Of a stretch of 64,000 nucleotides of DNA, positions 27,859-39,917 are shown piece by piece. Both the position numbers and the translations under genes were made by a program. Within the stretch, counting starts at the first letter, position 1, and each line of letters begins with the position of its first letter. The stretch comes from Octopus bimaculoides (Eukaryota), in assembly GCF_001194135.2 (NCBI RefSeq), contig NC_069002.1, positions 4,039,284 to 4,103,283 on the forward strand, written 5' to 3'. The notes under the pieces were generated by a model. That model worked only from the letters and a program-made list of their open reading frames with translations, ran no database searches and was not told the origin of the DNA.

Positions 27859-27898
<40 letters not shown>

Positions 27899-28259
27899 TT
27901 TATATGGTGTGAAATAATTTGTTTTTAACAGCAGAACTTGAAGTAATTAGTTTGTTATTTCACATTCCTATCAAAAGAAAGATCCATGTATATTATAATT
28001 TTATTAACCGCTACAACGACAGACAAACTATTCATCTCAGACATTCCATTATAAATTTCTATTTTTGGTGGCAACTTCAACATTTCACTTCGTTAAGCTT
28101 TACAACATCAACCTACATGAGACTGCTTCTGTTAAAGTTTTCAGATCATTTATTACATGATTCCATAACAAAGGAGATTCAGAGTTCAATGACTATGTAA
28201 TATTTAATTTATATTATGAAGTTGAAAGTTTATTTCTCTAAAAGTGCATGGATCAGTGG

Positions 28260-28548
28260 TTCACAATTGTAAAGTTGTGAGTTCAATTCCCAGTGTCGTG
28301 TTATGTCCTTGAGCGAGGCCCTTTATTTCACATTGCTTCACAGTTCACTCAGCTGGCAAAAATGAGTAGTACCTGTATTTCAAAGGGGCCAATCTTGTCA
28401 CACTGTGTCATGCTGAATCTCCCTGAGAACTACGTTAAGGGTACACGTGTCTGTGGAGTGCTCAGCCACTTGCACGTTAATTTCACGAGCAGGCTGTTCT
28501 GTTGATTGGATCAACTGGAACCCCTGTTGTCATAACCAACAGAGAGCC
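28260..28548 (+). mobile_element. Dispersed repeat (third SINE-like family), close copy of 49370-49652
   Basis: Shared run TTGAGC.AG.C.CTTTATTTCAC..CAACTGGCAAAAATGAGT.GTACCTGTAT..CATGCTGAATCTC.CTGAGAACTA.GTTAAGGGTACA..TGTCTGTGG.GTGCTCA.CCACTTGCA.GTTAATT..CTGTT..GTTGATTGGATCAA. Related heads at ~15790-15930, 22350-22600 and 42170-42300. Confidence 0.75.
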
Positions 28549-28668
28549 AGTTATTTCTCTAAACCTCTTCATAATTCTTGATTATTTTGGAAACAGGGTT
28601 ATGAAAGTGTTAGTTTAAACCCTATAGCTAAGGCAAGTGTTTATAGAACCTGGTTTATTGATTGATAA

Positions 28669-28700
<32 letters not shown>

Positions 28701-28705
28701 GTATG

Positions 28706-28750
<45 letters not shown>

Positions 28751-30699
28751 NNNNNNNNNNNNNNNNNNNNNNNNNNNNNNNNNNNNNNNNNNNNNNNNNN
28801 NNNNNNNNNNNNNNNNNNNNNNNNNNNNNNNNNNNNNNNNNNNNNNNNNNNNNNNNNNNNNNNNNNNNNNNNNNNNNNNNNNNNNNNNNNNNNNNNNNNN
28901 NNNNNNNNNNNNNNNNNNNNNNNNNNNNNNNNNNNNNNNNNNNNNNNNNNNNNNNNNNNNNNNNNNNNNNNNNNNNNNNNNNNNNNNNNNNNNNNNNNNN
29001 NNNNNNNNNNNNNNNNNNNNNNNNNNNNNNNNNNNNNNNNNNNNNNNNNNNNNNNNNNNNNNNNNNNNNNNNNNNNNNNNNNNNNNNNNNNNNNNNNNNN
29101 NNNNNNNNNNNNNNNNNNNNNNNNNNNNNNNNNNNNNNNNNNNNNNNNNNNNNNNNNNNNNNNNNNNNNNNNNNNNNNNNNNNNNNNNNNNNNNNNNNNN
29201 NNNNNNNNNNNNNNNNNNNNNNNNNNNNNNNNNNNNNNNNNNNNNNNNNNNNNNNNNNNNNNNNNNNNNNNNNNNNNNNNNNNNNNNNNNNNNNNNNNNN
29301 NNNNNNNNNNNNNNNNNNNNNNNNNNNNNNNNNNNNNNNNNNNNNNNNNNNNNNNNNNNNNNNNNNNNNNNNNNNNNNNNNNNNNNNNNNNNNNNNNNNN
29401 NNNNNNNNNNNNNNNNNNNNNNNNNNNNNNNNNNNNNNNNNNNNNNNNNNNNNNNNNNNNNNNNNNNNNNNNNNNNNNNNNNNNNNNNNNNNNNNNNNNN
29501 NNNTGCCCTTCTAAATAATCTGTAGTGAAACTACTACCGGTGTTTAACCGTTCTGAATCTGATCGGAACTCTGCTCTGCTCTGCTCCTATAAATAAAATC
29601 ACTCCAAGTGTTTAAAAGTTTCAAATCTGTCATCGAAATGCTGGAGAAAATAAGCTTAGTTTATTAGATTAGATGTGGGGATCAAATTGAGGAATAAATG
29701 GCCAGTGCTGTTGGCACTAAGATGATTTCCCCACCGCTATAATGCGGTGATTGATGATTGGTGCTCTTATCCCCAATATACCCTTTTCTCACACCTGGAA
29801 GGAATAATTTATTCCAGGTAGACTGAGCAAGATTGAAAGAGATTAGTGCCTTGTTTCAATACACCACCACAGCGCTAATGTTGGGTTTAGAAACTCACAG
29901 ACTCTCAGCTGAAATGCTGACTCATCTCACACCCTCAGTCATCGGGAAATTTCTAGCTGGTTGGGCTGTCCTTCTCTTCTGTTTTACCCAATTGGTGTCG
30001 AGTATTTTTGTTTCTGGTTTCTAAGTCCTATATTCTGTATTTGTGAGAGAAAAATCTGCAAATCTTTCAATTGGTAAAATTCTGCATTTTGCTATAGAGC
30101 AGCTGATGGCTTATTAATATACAAACTCTGCAGTTCAATCCTAAAATGTCAGCTAATTAACTATGGAAAGACTGTTTTGTCACGTTCATACAAATTCTAC
30201 AGCTTTGGTATGGAAAGACTATCGATAACCTGCGGGGGTGGGGGGGGACTATAAAAATAAAAATCTGTTGGTCATTGAGATATAAATTCTGCAATTCAGT
30301 TATGAAGAGTGTAGAAATAGACTGTGGAAAGTTTGATCCACAAGTATGAAAATCCAGCAGTTCTTTCGCAGAAGTCATACCACCGCATATCTGTCTAAAC
30401 ATGTTTTGCGGATCTAAAATTTGAACTTATCAACTCCNNNNNNNNNNNNNNNNNNNNNNNNNNNNNNNNNNNNNNNNNNNNNCCCCCCCCCCCCAAAGCT
30501 ATTATTTTTTTCAGTGCAGCAGCTACAACAATAATAACAACAACAGCAGCAACTAAAACTAATAACAAGAGAATCATATCCTTGAGCAAGTATTCGTTTT
30601 GTCTTAAGACCGACTTTCACGAGAGGCTGAAAATTGTACAGTAACATGGTAAATCTTACAAGCAGCATTCGTCGTTCTGCGACTTGTTATATTTCACCA

Positions 30700-30739
<40 letters not shown>

Positions 30740-32348
30740 GTGCACATACATACACCACATACACACATATATGCACATACATACACTTGTGTGTATATGT
30801 GTGTCCACACGTTGTGTTAATGTAACTTCTGTTGCATTTCTGCTTGTGTCTGACTTTTAAACTAGCTGCATTCACTGTTTCTAACCTATTCATCTCTCCC
30901 TCTCTCACACTTTCTACTCCTCTCTCTTTCCCTCACATTCTACTTATCTCTTTCTATCCCTCTGTCACATTCTAGTCCTTTCTCTTTCCCTCTCTCACAT
31001 TCTATTCCTCTCTGTTTATCTCTCTTCCTTTCTCTCCCCCTCTCATGTTCTATTCTTCTCTCTCTCTCACATTCTATTCCTCTCTCTCTTTATCTCCCCC
31101 CCCCTTCTCTTCCTCATTCTTCACCGTTTTCTAATCTCCCTCCCTTTATCCACTCCCTTCTCTCGGCCAATTACTCCCTCCTTCTCTTACCTTTAATCCA
31201 ATCTGTTATTCTCCATTTAATCCATCTCACACCCTCNNNNNNNNNNAATCCCTCTTAAGCCACTCTAGTCTCCCCGTCTGCCTTACAAACACCCATTTCA
31301 CTTCTTCCCCTCCCCACCCCCATTCAATCCTCACACTCAGACTTGTCACTTTGAGTTCTTATTCAAAGTGACCTGACCATGTTCTATGAACTTGTCACCC
31401 CCACCCCGAATCTCTTTGCCCGTCTGTCTGTTTCCTTACCTGTTTGTCTCCCCATTTTCTTTCTCTCTTACAACCTCTCTCTATTTCTCTCTTTCATTCT
31501 CCTTGCTTTATAACTTACTCTCTCTGTTCATCCCCGCCTTTTCCATTACCCATACAATCTTCCTCTCTCCTTATAACTCCCTCTCCCCCTCTCTCTCTCT
31601 CTCTCCCCCATCACCTATACAATCTTCCTCTCATTTCACTCCCTCTCCATCTCTATCACTAGTTGCAGCTTTTCTCTCACTATATTGTATACTGAATAAA
31701 GTTGACTGTATTGAACAACTACATTCATTTATTACTTCATTTATTTTGCTAATTAATTAATTATTCAATATTGTTGAATCACATGTTTGATCGTTTCATT
31801 GGTTTTGTTTAATTGTCTGGTTGTTGCTTTCTCTCCAATCAGTTGTTTTCTATCACAGGAGTTATATGTCTACATACATGTGTGTACATTTATATATATG
31901 TATGTATGTGTATAATAATATATATATTTATTTATATGCAGGTCATTGTTGACCTATGACCAATCAACTTTACGACGATTGGCATGCCAGCTCCCGGCAG
32001 TAATAATAAATAGTCCAATTGAAGTCTAATTGGTTTAATTTCTTAGAAATTAACCTGTCTATGAATGATGTCAGCTAACAAATGCTTTCCCGAGGCTCAG
32101 TTATCGATCGCCACTGTGTTGGATGACTATCCTGTTGTGGAGACATCGAACCAACCTTGTATTTGTTTATAAGACAACTGCTTGAGACTCCCAAATTTTT
32201 GACTAACGCCAGTATCATAGTATGAAACAGAATGCTGTGAGTGATTTTTACCTGAGAATGTAAAAATATAAAAAAAAGCTATGTAGGCCTATAGGCCAAC
32301 TTATGACCAGTCAGTTGGAACTAATTGTGGTCTTAAGTTGATAACAAC

Positions 32349-32386
<38 letters not shown>

Positions 32387-35300
32387 CATGCCTGAGAAAA
32401 CCCATCTATCCGAATGAAACCGTAGTTGTGGCCGATGCTGGNNNNNNNNNNTGGTGTCACATAACGAGCACCTGTGCTGATGGCACATAAAATGCACCCT
32501 TTGAACTTTGGTCTTCGTGGAGGTGATAAGTGATGGAGACCTTTGGCAATATGTTGTGCTTGAGAAGACTTGCCATGCCAAGTGAAATCGTAGTTGTAGC
32601 CAATGTCTGTGTCACGTAACCGGCATGTAAAAAGTACCAATTACACTCTTGGAGTGGTTGGTGTTGCGAAAGGCATCCAGGTGTAGAAACCCTACCAAAT
32701 CAGAGTGGAACCTGGTGCAGCTCTTCAGCTTACCAGTTTCAGTCAAACTGTCCAACCCATGCCGGCATGGAAAGCAGATGCAAAATGATGATGATGATGG
32801 TGTACAGGTATGGTGATGCAAACAGGAAAAATAGAACTTCTAAATATCAGCAAATACATATGAGTATTTGTGAGCATGGTAAGAAGTTAGCTTTCCAACC
32901 ACATGGTTCCAGGTTCAGTCACACTTCATGGCACCTTGGACAAATATACACACACATACTTATATATATGATGGGCTTCTTTCAGTTTCCATCTACCAAA
33001 TCCACTCACAAGGCTTTGGTCAGTCCAAAGCTATAGTAGAAAGACACTTGCCGAAAGTGCCACACAGTGGGACTGAACCCGGAACCATGTGGTTGGTAAG
33101 TAAGCTACTTACCACACAGCTACTTCTGCGTTTAACTATAAAACCCTTAAAGGCAGTGTCTCAGTGTGTTTGCAGTCCAATGACTGAAACAAGCAAGAGA
33201 GTAAAAGGAAAGCATTCCTTCCAGAGTCATGCCACAACTCCCTAAGGGCCGGTTTCCATGGTATATGTATTTCCCAATTAGTCTGGACGCCGGTCCATCA
33301 CAGGGTTATTCATTTTTTTTTCCAGCTGAGTGGATTGGAGCAACTTGAAATGAAGTGCTTTGCTCAAGAACACAATGCATCGCCTGGTCCAGGAATCGAA
33401 ACCACAATCTTATGATCATGAGTCCAACACCCTAACCACTGAGCCATGTGCCTCCACTGCAAAATGGTAAATGGGATCAATGGATCAGATGGTTTGTCTT
33501 GCCAGCATTTCTGACCTCGTCAATGGTGGGCCCTTGTTACTCCAGCTCTGTCACAATATCGAAAACTGGGTCTCTTGAGGTTTGTTATCATTTTTATACA
33601 TTTCAAAATTTTGGAAGCTTACCCTATCCAGCCACGGGTCCACTTCATTATATACAATTCCTGATTACTTGGGTGTACCCTCCTCCCATCACAGCTTCAC
33701 CACCTTATCTCTCCCCTCTTCCTCCATCCTCTCTCTCTACCTGATGTAACCACGTATCTCCTCTACAGCAACACATCTATTCCTGTCCCTCAATACTAAC
33801 GCCCACACTCTGTTTAGGGGTCTTTGTCTTGCAAGTTAATTAGTGTCCTCACCGCTGTTGGTGCCATATGAAAAAGCCACCCCACCCCCCTCAGTCCACA
33901 CTGTAAAGTGCCAAAGCAGACAGAAGAACTTCTGGCTTGACAGCTCCTGTCAAAACACCCAACCTATGTCAGCTTGGAAAACAGAACGTTTGATGATAAT
34001 GGTGATGGGATGTGTGTGAGAGCATCAAACCTGCACGCTCACACTTGCACACGTCCCAGCAAGTTTAAATGCAATGATATAACTCAAGAAACTCGGCTGG
34101 ATATCGCATGAGTCACGAGGACTTGTTGATAAGGTGAAAAAATGACAACAAAAGGATTTTAATTTGTGAAGTCATTTACGTGGCTGATTCATCAACGTTT
34201 TACCTTTTTATCTTTTTGTAAACCAATCACCTTAGTTTAGAAATCTCCGGAAAAGATAAGGAGATTTAATCAGGATTTCTAAAATTAGCAAAAGTTCAGA
34301 TAATTAAATTTACTCCCATATTTTATTGTCAAAAGATCATAGAGAAAACTAAGTTAAATAAAGCATCAGTCAAATTGTGATTTGTGGTATTTATTTGGAA
34401 CTGGTTCTGTTCTGAGTTCAAATACACCTGAGGTCAACTTTGCCTTTCGACCCTTTTGTTCTTTGGGCAGCAGAAGAATAAGGGTACATCATCTCTGATA
34501 AGAAGACAATTCCCTCTGAAACACATCTGTATATGAGTATATGCAAATAAATTTGTGTAAATTCTTATACACAAATATAGATTGATTTGTGTTCAAATCC
34601 CATTGAGGTCGACTTGGCTTTTCATCCCTTCAGGGTTTCATAAAGTACCAGTCATATACTGGAGTCAATGTTATTGACTTGTCCCTTCCCTTCAAAATTG
34701 CTAGCACTTTGGACAAACTGCTTAGTGGCACTTCTAGCTTTTTATGTTTTTGGTTCAAATCCCACTGAGGTTGACTTTGCTTTTCATCCCTTCAGGGTCA
34801 ATAAAGTACCGGTCATATACCGGAGATCAATGTAATTAGCCTGCCCTTTCAGAATTTCTGGCCTTGGATCCTGCTATGGACTGGTGTCCCTTTCAGTGGG
34901 GAACATTGTGATCTCAGCCACTTACCTGTCATGAAGACTGAAGAATAATGGGGAAACAGGTGTAATAGCAGTTATAATGATAGTGTTGTTGTTGTCAGTG
35001 GTGGTGGTGGTGGAGGTTAATAACACCTATAAACTTAATTCTAAATAAATAGTATTTGTCGACCCTGAAAGGATGAAAGACAAAGTCGACCTCGGTGGAA
35101 TTTGAACTCAGAACGTAAAGACAGACGAAATACCACTAAGCATTTCGCCCGTTGTGCTAATGTTTCTGCCAGCTCGCTGACTTCCTGTCTCCCCATTATC
35201 ATTATTATTATTATTAAGGTGGTGAGCTGGCAGAATTGTTAACATGCCGGGTGAAGTTCTTAGCAGTATTTTGTCTGCCTCTACATTCTGAGTTCAAATT

Positions 35301-35647
35301 CTGCTGAGGTCGACTTTGCTTATCCTCTTAGGGTCGATATAAATTAAGTACCAGTTGAGTACTGGTGATCAACTGTCCCATTCCCAACAAAATCCAGGAC
35401 TTGTGCTTATAGTAGAAAGGATTATTGTCACTATCACTACCGCCATTTCCACAATAACCAATCCCACCATGAACAGCATTTCTGTCAGCACCAACAGCAT
35501 TTTCACCACCACACCACCACCACCGTGCCAATTAACAAGTTATCTGCATATGGTGTACATATTGCTTAAGCAGTCAACTGCACAAAGTTGTTGCTGCAAG
35601 TTGGAAACAAAAGTAGTTATTTTGTATGTTGTTTTTATTTTCAACCA

Positions 35648-35676
35648 CAACAGCAGCAGCAGCAGCAGCAGCAGTA

Positions 35677-35707
<31 letters not shown>

Positions 35708-35708
35708 T
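35648..35708 (+). repeat. Interrupted (CAG)n trinucleotide repeat
   Basis: Two CAG runs separated by TAAAAG. Confidence 0.9.
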
Positions 35709-36893
35709 GGTAAAAGCAGAAGCATTTGCATCAATGAGATAACGGACTTAGGTAAGTGTGTTTGGAACCAACGATTCTCATTTCATTGAGAGAAACCCCA
35801 ATATCTCACATCTACAGCAAGGAATGGTAGATTTGTATAGCTGTTGTGATGTTCATGCCCTTCTCGTATAAAGTAAATATTCCTAGGGTCATTCACCCTA
35901 GAAAAGAGCCTCTACATCGCCATCACTCGAAACGCAGTTGGTTTCTCACCATGACACACCTTCACAAGTTTAAGGGAGGCTTTTAGCTGCTGTTTCTAGC
36001 ATGCCAACAATAGGATTGAGTACATAGCATCATGAGAAAGAGTGAAGGAGGGAGGGAGGGGGGAAATAGGATGATGTAAGGCCTTTATACTCTTTTCAAG
36101 GGCATTAATTATATAAGGAGTGTGTAATAGCCGTAATTTTGAAATTCAACACAAACTGGGTCACACATATCAGTAAATAAGATCTTACTCTTACAATGAT
36201 GATGATGATGATGATGATGACAGTGGTGGTGGCGGCGGTGGTGGTGGTGGTGGTTGTGCCCCCCCCCCCCGGTAGTGATGGATGTGGGTGAGTGTAGGTA
36301 GGAGGATAGTGAAGTAGGTAAGAAAAGATTTACGACTTAAATGTGTCCAGGTTGTTACTGCTGCTATGTAGAATTAGTTTTGCTGTGCTGACACGTTACA
36401 GCCAAACAGCCGGAGCATTGAAATGTATGTATGTATGTACACATTCACGTGTGTCGAACAATAAGTGTTGATATTTTCATTACATTATAATGTGTGCATA
36501 TGTATCAGTGTGTGTGTGTGTTTCTGTTCTCTATTAAAGTTTTAGAATTTGCTTTATCTAGGAAGCCAACCAGTTGATGAAAAAGTTGTAAATGGAAGAT
36601 GTATTTTCTCAGAAAAAACAGTTGTGGGCAGCCTTGTTCTCTTTATAATCAATTTTACTGGTTTTTCTCTTTTAAATGTTAGGGGCTTGAAGGTTTTTAT
36701 TGTTCCAAATAACACAATATAAGAATGACGTAGTTCTGTTCATCCTCTCAGAATACTAGTTCAGCTGCATTTTGACCCAGGACATTTTGCCCTCGCTCCG
36801 ATAACAATGGATTTAACACCAAAACAGCATTTGGGATCTGGTCTTTTAAATATTTTCTTTCGCATGTATTTTTCTCACCATGTAATTGTGTGC

Positions 36894-36947
<54 letters not shown>

Positions 36948-36949
36948 GT

Positions 36950-36987
36950 ATATACACTCATACATACATACATGCATTATATACATA

Positions 36988-37032
<45 letters not shown>

Positions 37033-37119
37033 CATTATATGTATATATATGTATATATACATTATATGTATATATATGTATATATATATACATTATATGT
37101 ATATATATGTATATATACA
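36950..37119 (+). repeat. AT-rich minisatellite (unit ~CATTATATGTATATATATGTATATATA) running into an assembly gap
   Basis: At least three consecutive ~26-28-bp units are visible before the N-run at 37120. Confidence 0.7.
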
Positions 37120-38009
37120 NNNNNNNNNNNNNNNNNNNNNNNNNNNNNNNNNNNNNNNNNNNNNNNNNNNNNNNNNNNNNNNNNNNNNNNNNNNNNNNNN
37201 NNNNNNNNNNNNNNNNNNNNNNNNNNNNNNNNNNNNNNNNNNNNNNNNNNNNNNNNNNNNNNNNNNNNNNNNNNNNNNNNNNNNNNNNNNNNNNNNNNNN
37301 NNNNNNNNNNNNNNNNNNNNNNNNNNNNNNNNNNNNNNNNNNNNNNNNNNNNNNNNNNNNNNNNNNNNNNNNNNNNNNNNNNNNNNNNNNNNNNNNNNNN
37401 NNNNNNNNNNNNNNNNNNNNNNNNNNNNNNNNNNNNNNNNNNNNNNNNNNNNNNNNNNNNNNNNNNNNNNNNNNNNNNNNNNNNNNNNNNNNNNNNNNNN
37501 NNNNNNNNNNNNNNNNNNNNNNNNNNNNNNNNNNNNNNNNNNNNNNNNNNNNNNNNNNNNNNNNNNNNNNNNNNNNNNNNNNNNNNNNNNNNNNNNNNNN
37601 NNNNNNNNNNNNNNNNNNNNNNNNNNNNNNNNNNNNNNNNNNNNNNNNNNNNNNNNNNNNNNNNNNNNNNNNNNNNNNNNNNNNNNNNNNNNNNNNNNNN
37701 NNNNNNNNNNNNNNNNNNNNNNNNNNNNNNNNNNNNNNNNNNNNNNNNNNNNNNNNNNNNNNNNNNNNNNNNNNNNNNNNNNNNNNNNNNNNNNNNNNNN
37801 NNNNNNNNNNNNNNNNNNNNNNNNNNNNNNNNNNNNNNNNNNNNNNNNNNNNNNNNNNNNNNNNNNNNNNNNNNNNNNNNNNNNNNNNNNNNNNNNNNNN
37901 NNNNNNNNAGACTTTCGCACACGCACAGATATTCATCTCCCTTTTTCACTCTCCTATCTTAGAAAGAACTTTTCCCCCACCACCTCCTCTTCCGGTCTTT
38001 TCATAATGT

Positions 38010-38185
38010 AACCTCGTGGGCATCGGTACCATTTTCCTCTTTCTCCGTTCTTCCATTCTCCGAACTTTCCATCTTTCCGACGAAGGGCTATGCCCGAAAC
38101 GTCATACACTCTCTCTTTCCTTTCCTGAGCGTCCAATAATACTATCCATATCACGTCCTCACTTTGTTGTTTTTTTGTTATTGTT
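38010..38185 (+). mobile_element. Probable Penelope-like element terminal-repeat remnant carrying a hammerhead-like core
   Basis: 38077-38103 reads CCGACGA-AGGGC-TAT-GCCC-GAAA-CGTC, the CTGANGA..GAAACGTC layout typical of Penelope-like element pLTRs. The element assignment is by motif recognition only. Confidence 0.5.
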
Positions 38186-38278
38186 TTTTTGAACTATATA
38201 TATATATATCTGTATGTATAATGCTTTGATTGTAAAGAATTAAATTCTGTGAACATCTGCTTGCAGACCACTAACAAC

Positions 38279-38639
38279 ATGATTCTTCCCATGACATACC
38301 CAGAATCTGTGATCAAGTCTTGGTTCACTGATGAAGAATCGGCACAGGTAGGTACCATGTTAAAAATGTTTACATCCACCCAATATCCATAATTCTTACT
38401 GTATACACACACACACACACACAGTCATCAAAAATTTAAAGCAAAGTTAGAAAATCTCAGTAGTTGTATATTTGTGAATGGAGTGAGTACATTAATCAAA
38501 CATAACACCTGCTATCTCTGAAGATCACACGGTTTTAGATAAACACCCTCTTATCTAATATCCGGTTATCTAATACACAGTGCAAAACTGATTAGTAAGA
38601 TCAGCTGAACTGGAGTCATACTACTGTATGCTTTGATTA

Positions 38640-38703
<64 letters not shown>

Positions 38704-39868
38704 TATATATATATATATATATATATATCAGTTTCCATCTTTCAAATCCAGTCACAAGGTTGGGCTATTGTAGAAGACACTTGCCCAAGACACCATGCAG
38801 TGGCACACACATTCATGCACACATGCATGCACACATGCATGCACGCATGCATGCACGCACGTATGTGTGTGCAAGCATGCACACACACACACACACTCAA
38901 GTACACGCACACACACACACATCTGCCTACGAAAAGGGTTTAGTTGTCCTGGGGCTATAGTAGAAGACACGTATCCAAAGTGTCATGCAGTGGGACTGAA
39001 CCTGTGATGACACAGTTGGTAAGCATGCTTCTTACCACTCAGCCACATCAGCACCAAGTCTGAGAAACAAAACTATTTGCGTAGCCCATAAGTTGACCCA
39101 ATTCCAAAATGCTGCCATGCTCTCACTTGGGCCACCTGAGGAATGTGTTTATTCACAGGTAAAAGAAATCAGGTCATATTTCATGCTTGATCAGGTTCAC
39201 ATTAAAAGAAATGCTTTAGATCAAGAGATTCAAATTTACTGGGTCATGTAGATTGGATTAAAGCATAAACCTGATCTCCCGGACTGGATAAGGGCAAGTA
39301 TTCTTTAAAACCCTATTCATAATGTTGGCCAAATTAAATGGAATAAAAGTGTTTGGGGTCAGCTTACACTATGACAGTTCTGGAAGCATGCTAGACGTAT
39401 GTATTTTACAGGATATCAAACGATTAAAGCTATAAGTTTCTGTTTAAAAACAATGAACTGGTGTGGTTAGACTAAATCTTGTTGTGGCTCAGATATGGCT
39501 TGGCTTTATGTTTGATTCCCTTGTCCTACACATGAATATCTATATCTACATACCCACTTACACGGGGGGGGGGGGGAGTTGATGTAATCGACTCATACCC
39601 TCCCCCAAAACTGCTGCCCTGGTGGTAAAATTCGGAACCATTATTACTATTATTATTGGGCAGAAACGTTAGCACGCCGAGCGAAATGCTTAACGGTATT
39701 TCGTCTGTCTTTACATTCTGAGTTCAAATTCCGCCGAGGTCGACTTTGCCTTTCATCCTTTTGGGGTTGATAAATTAAGTACCAGTTACGCACTGGGGTC
39801 GATGTCCCTTTGTCTCTCCTTGTTTGTCCCCTCTATGTTTCGCCCCTTGTGGGCAATAAAGAAATTAA

Positions 39869-39917
<49 letters not shown>

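Noticed and set aside
30157-30420. 81-aa minus ORF and neighbouring unique sequence (also 31940-32250)
   Set aside because: No recognisable motif and no phase-consistent exon partners.
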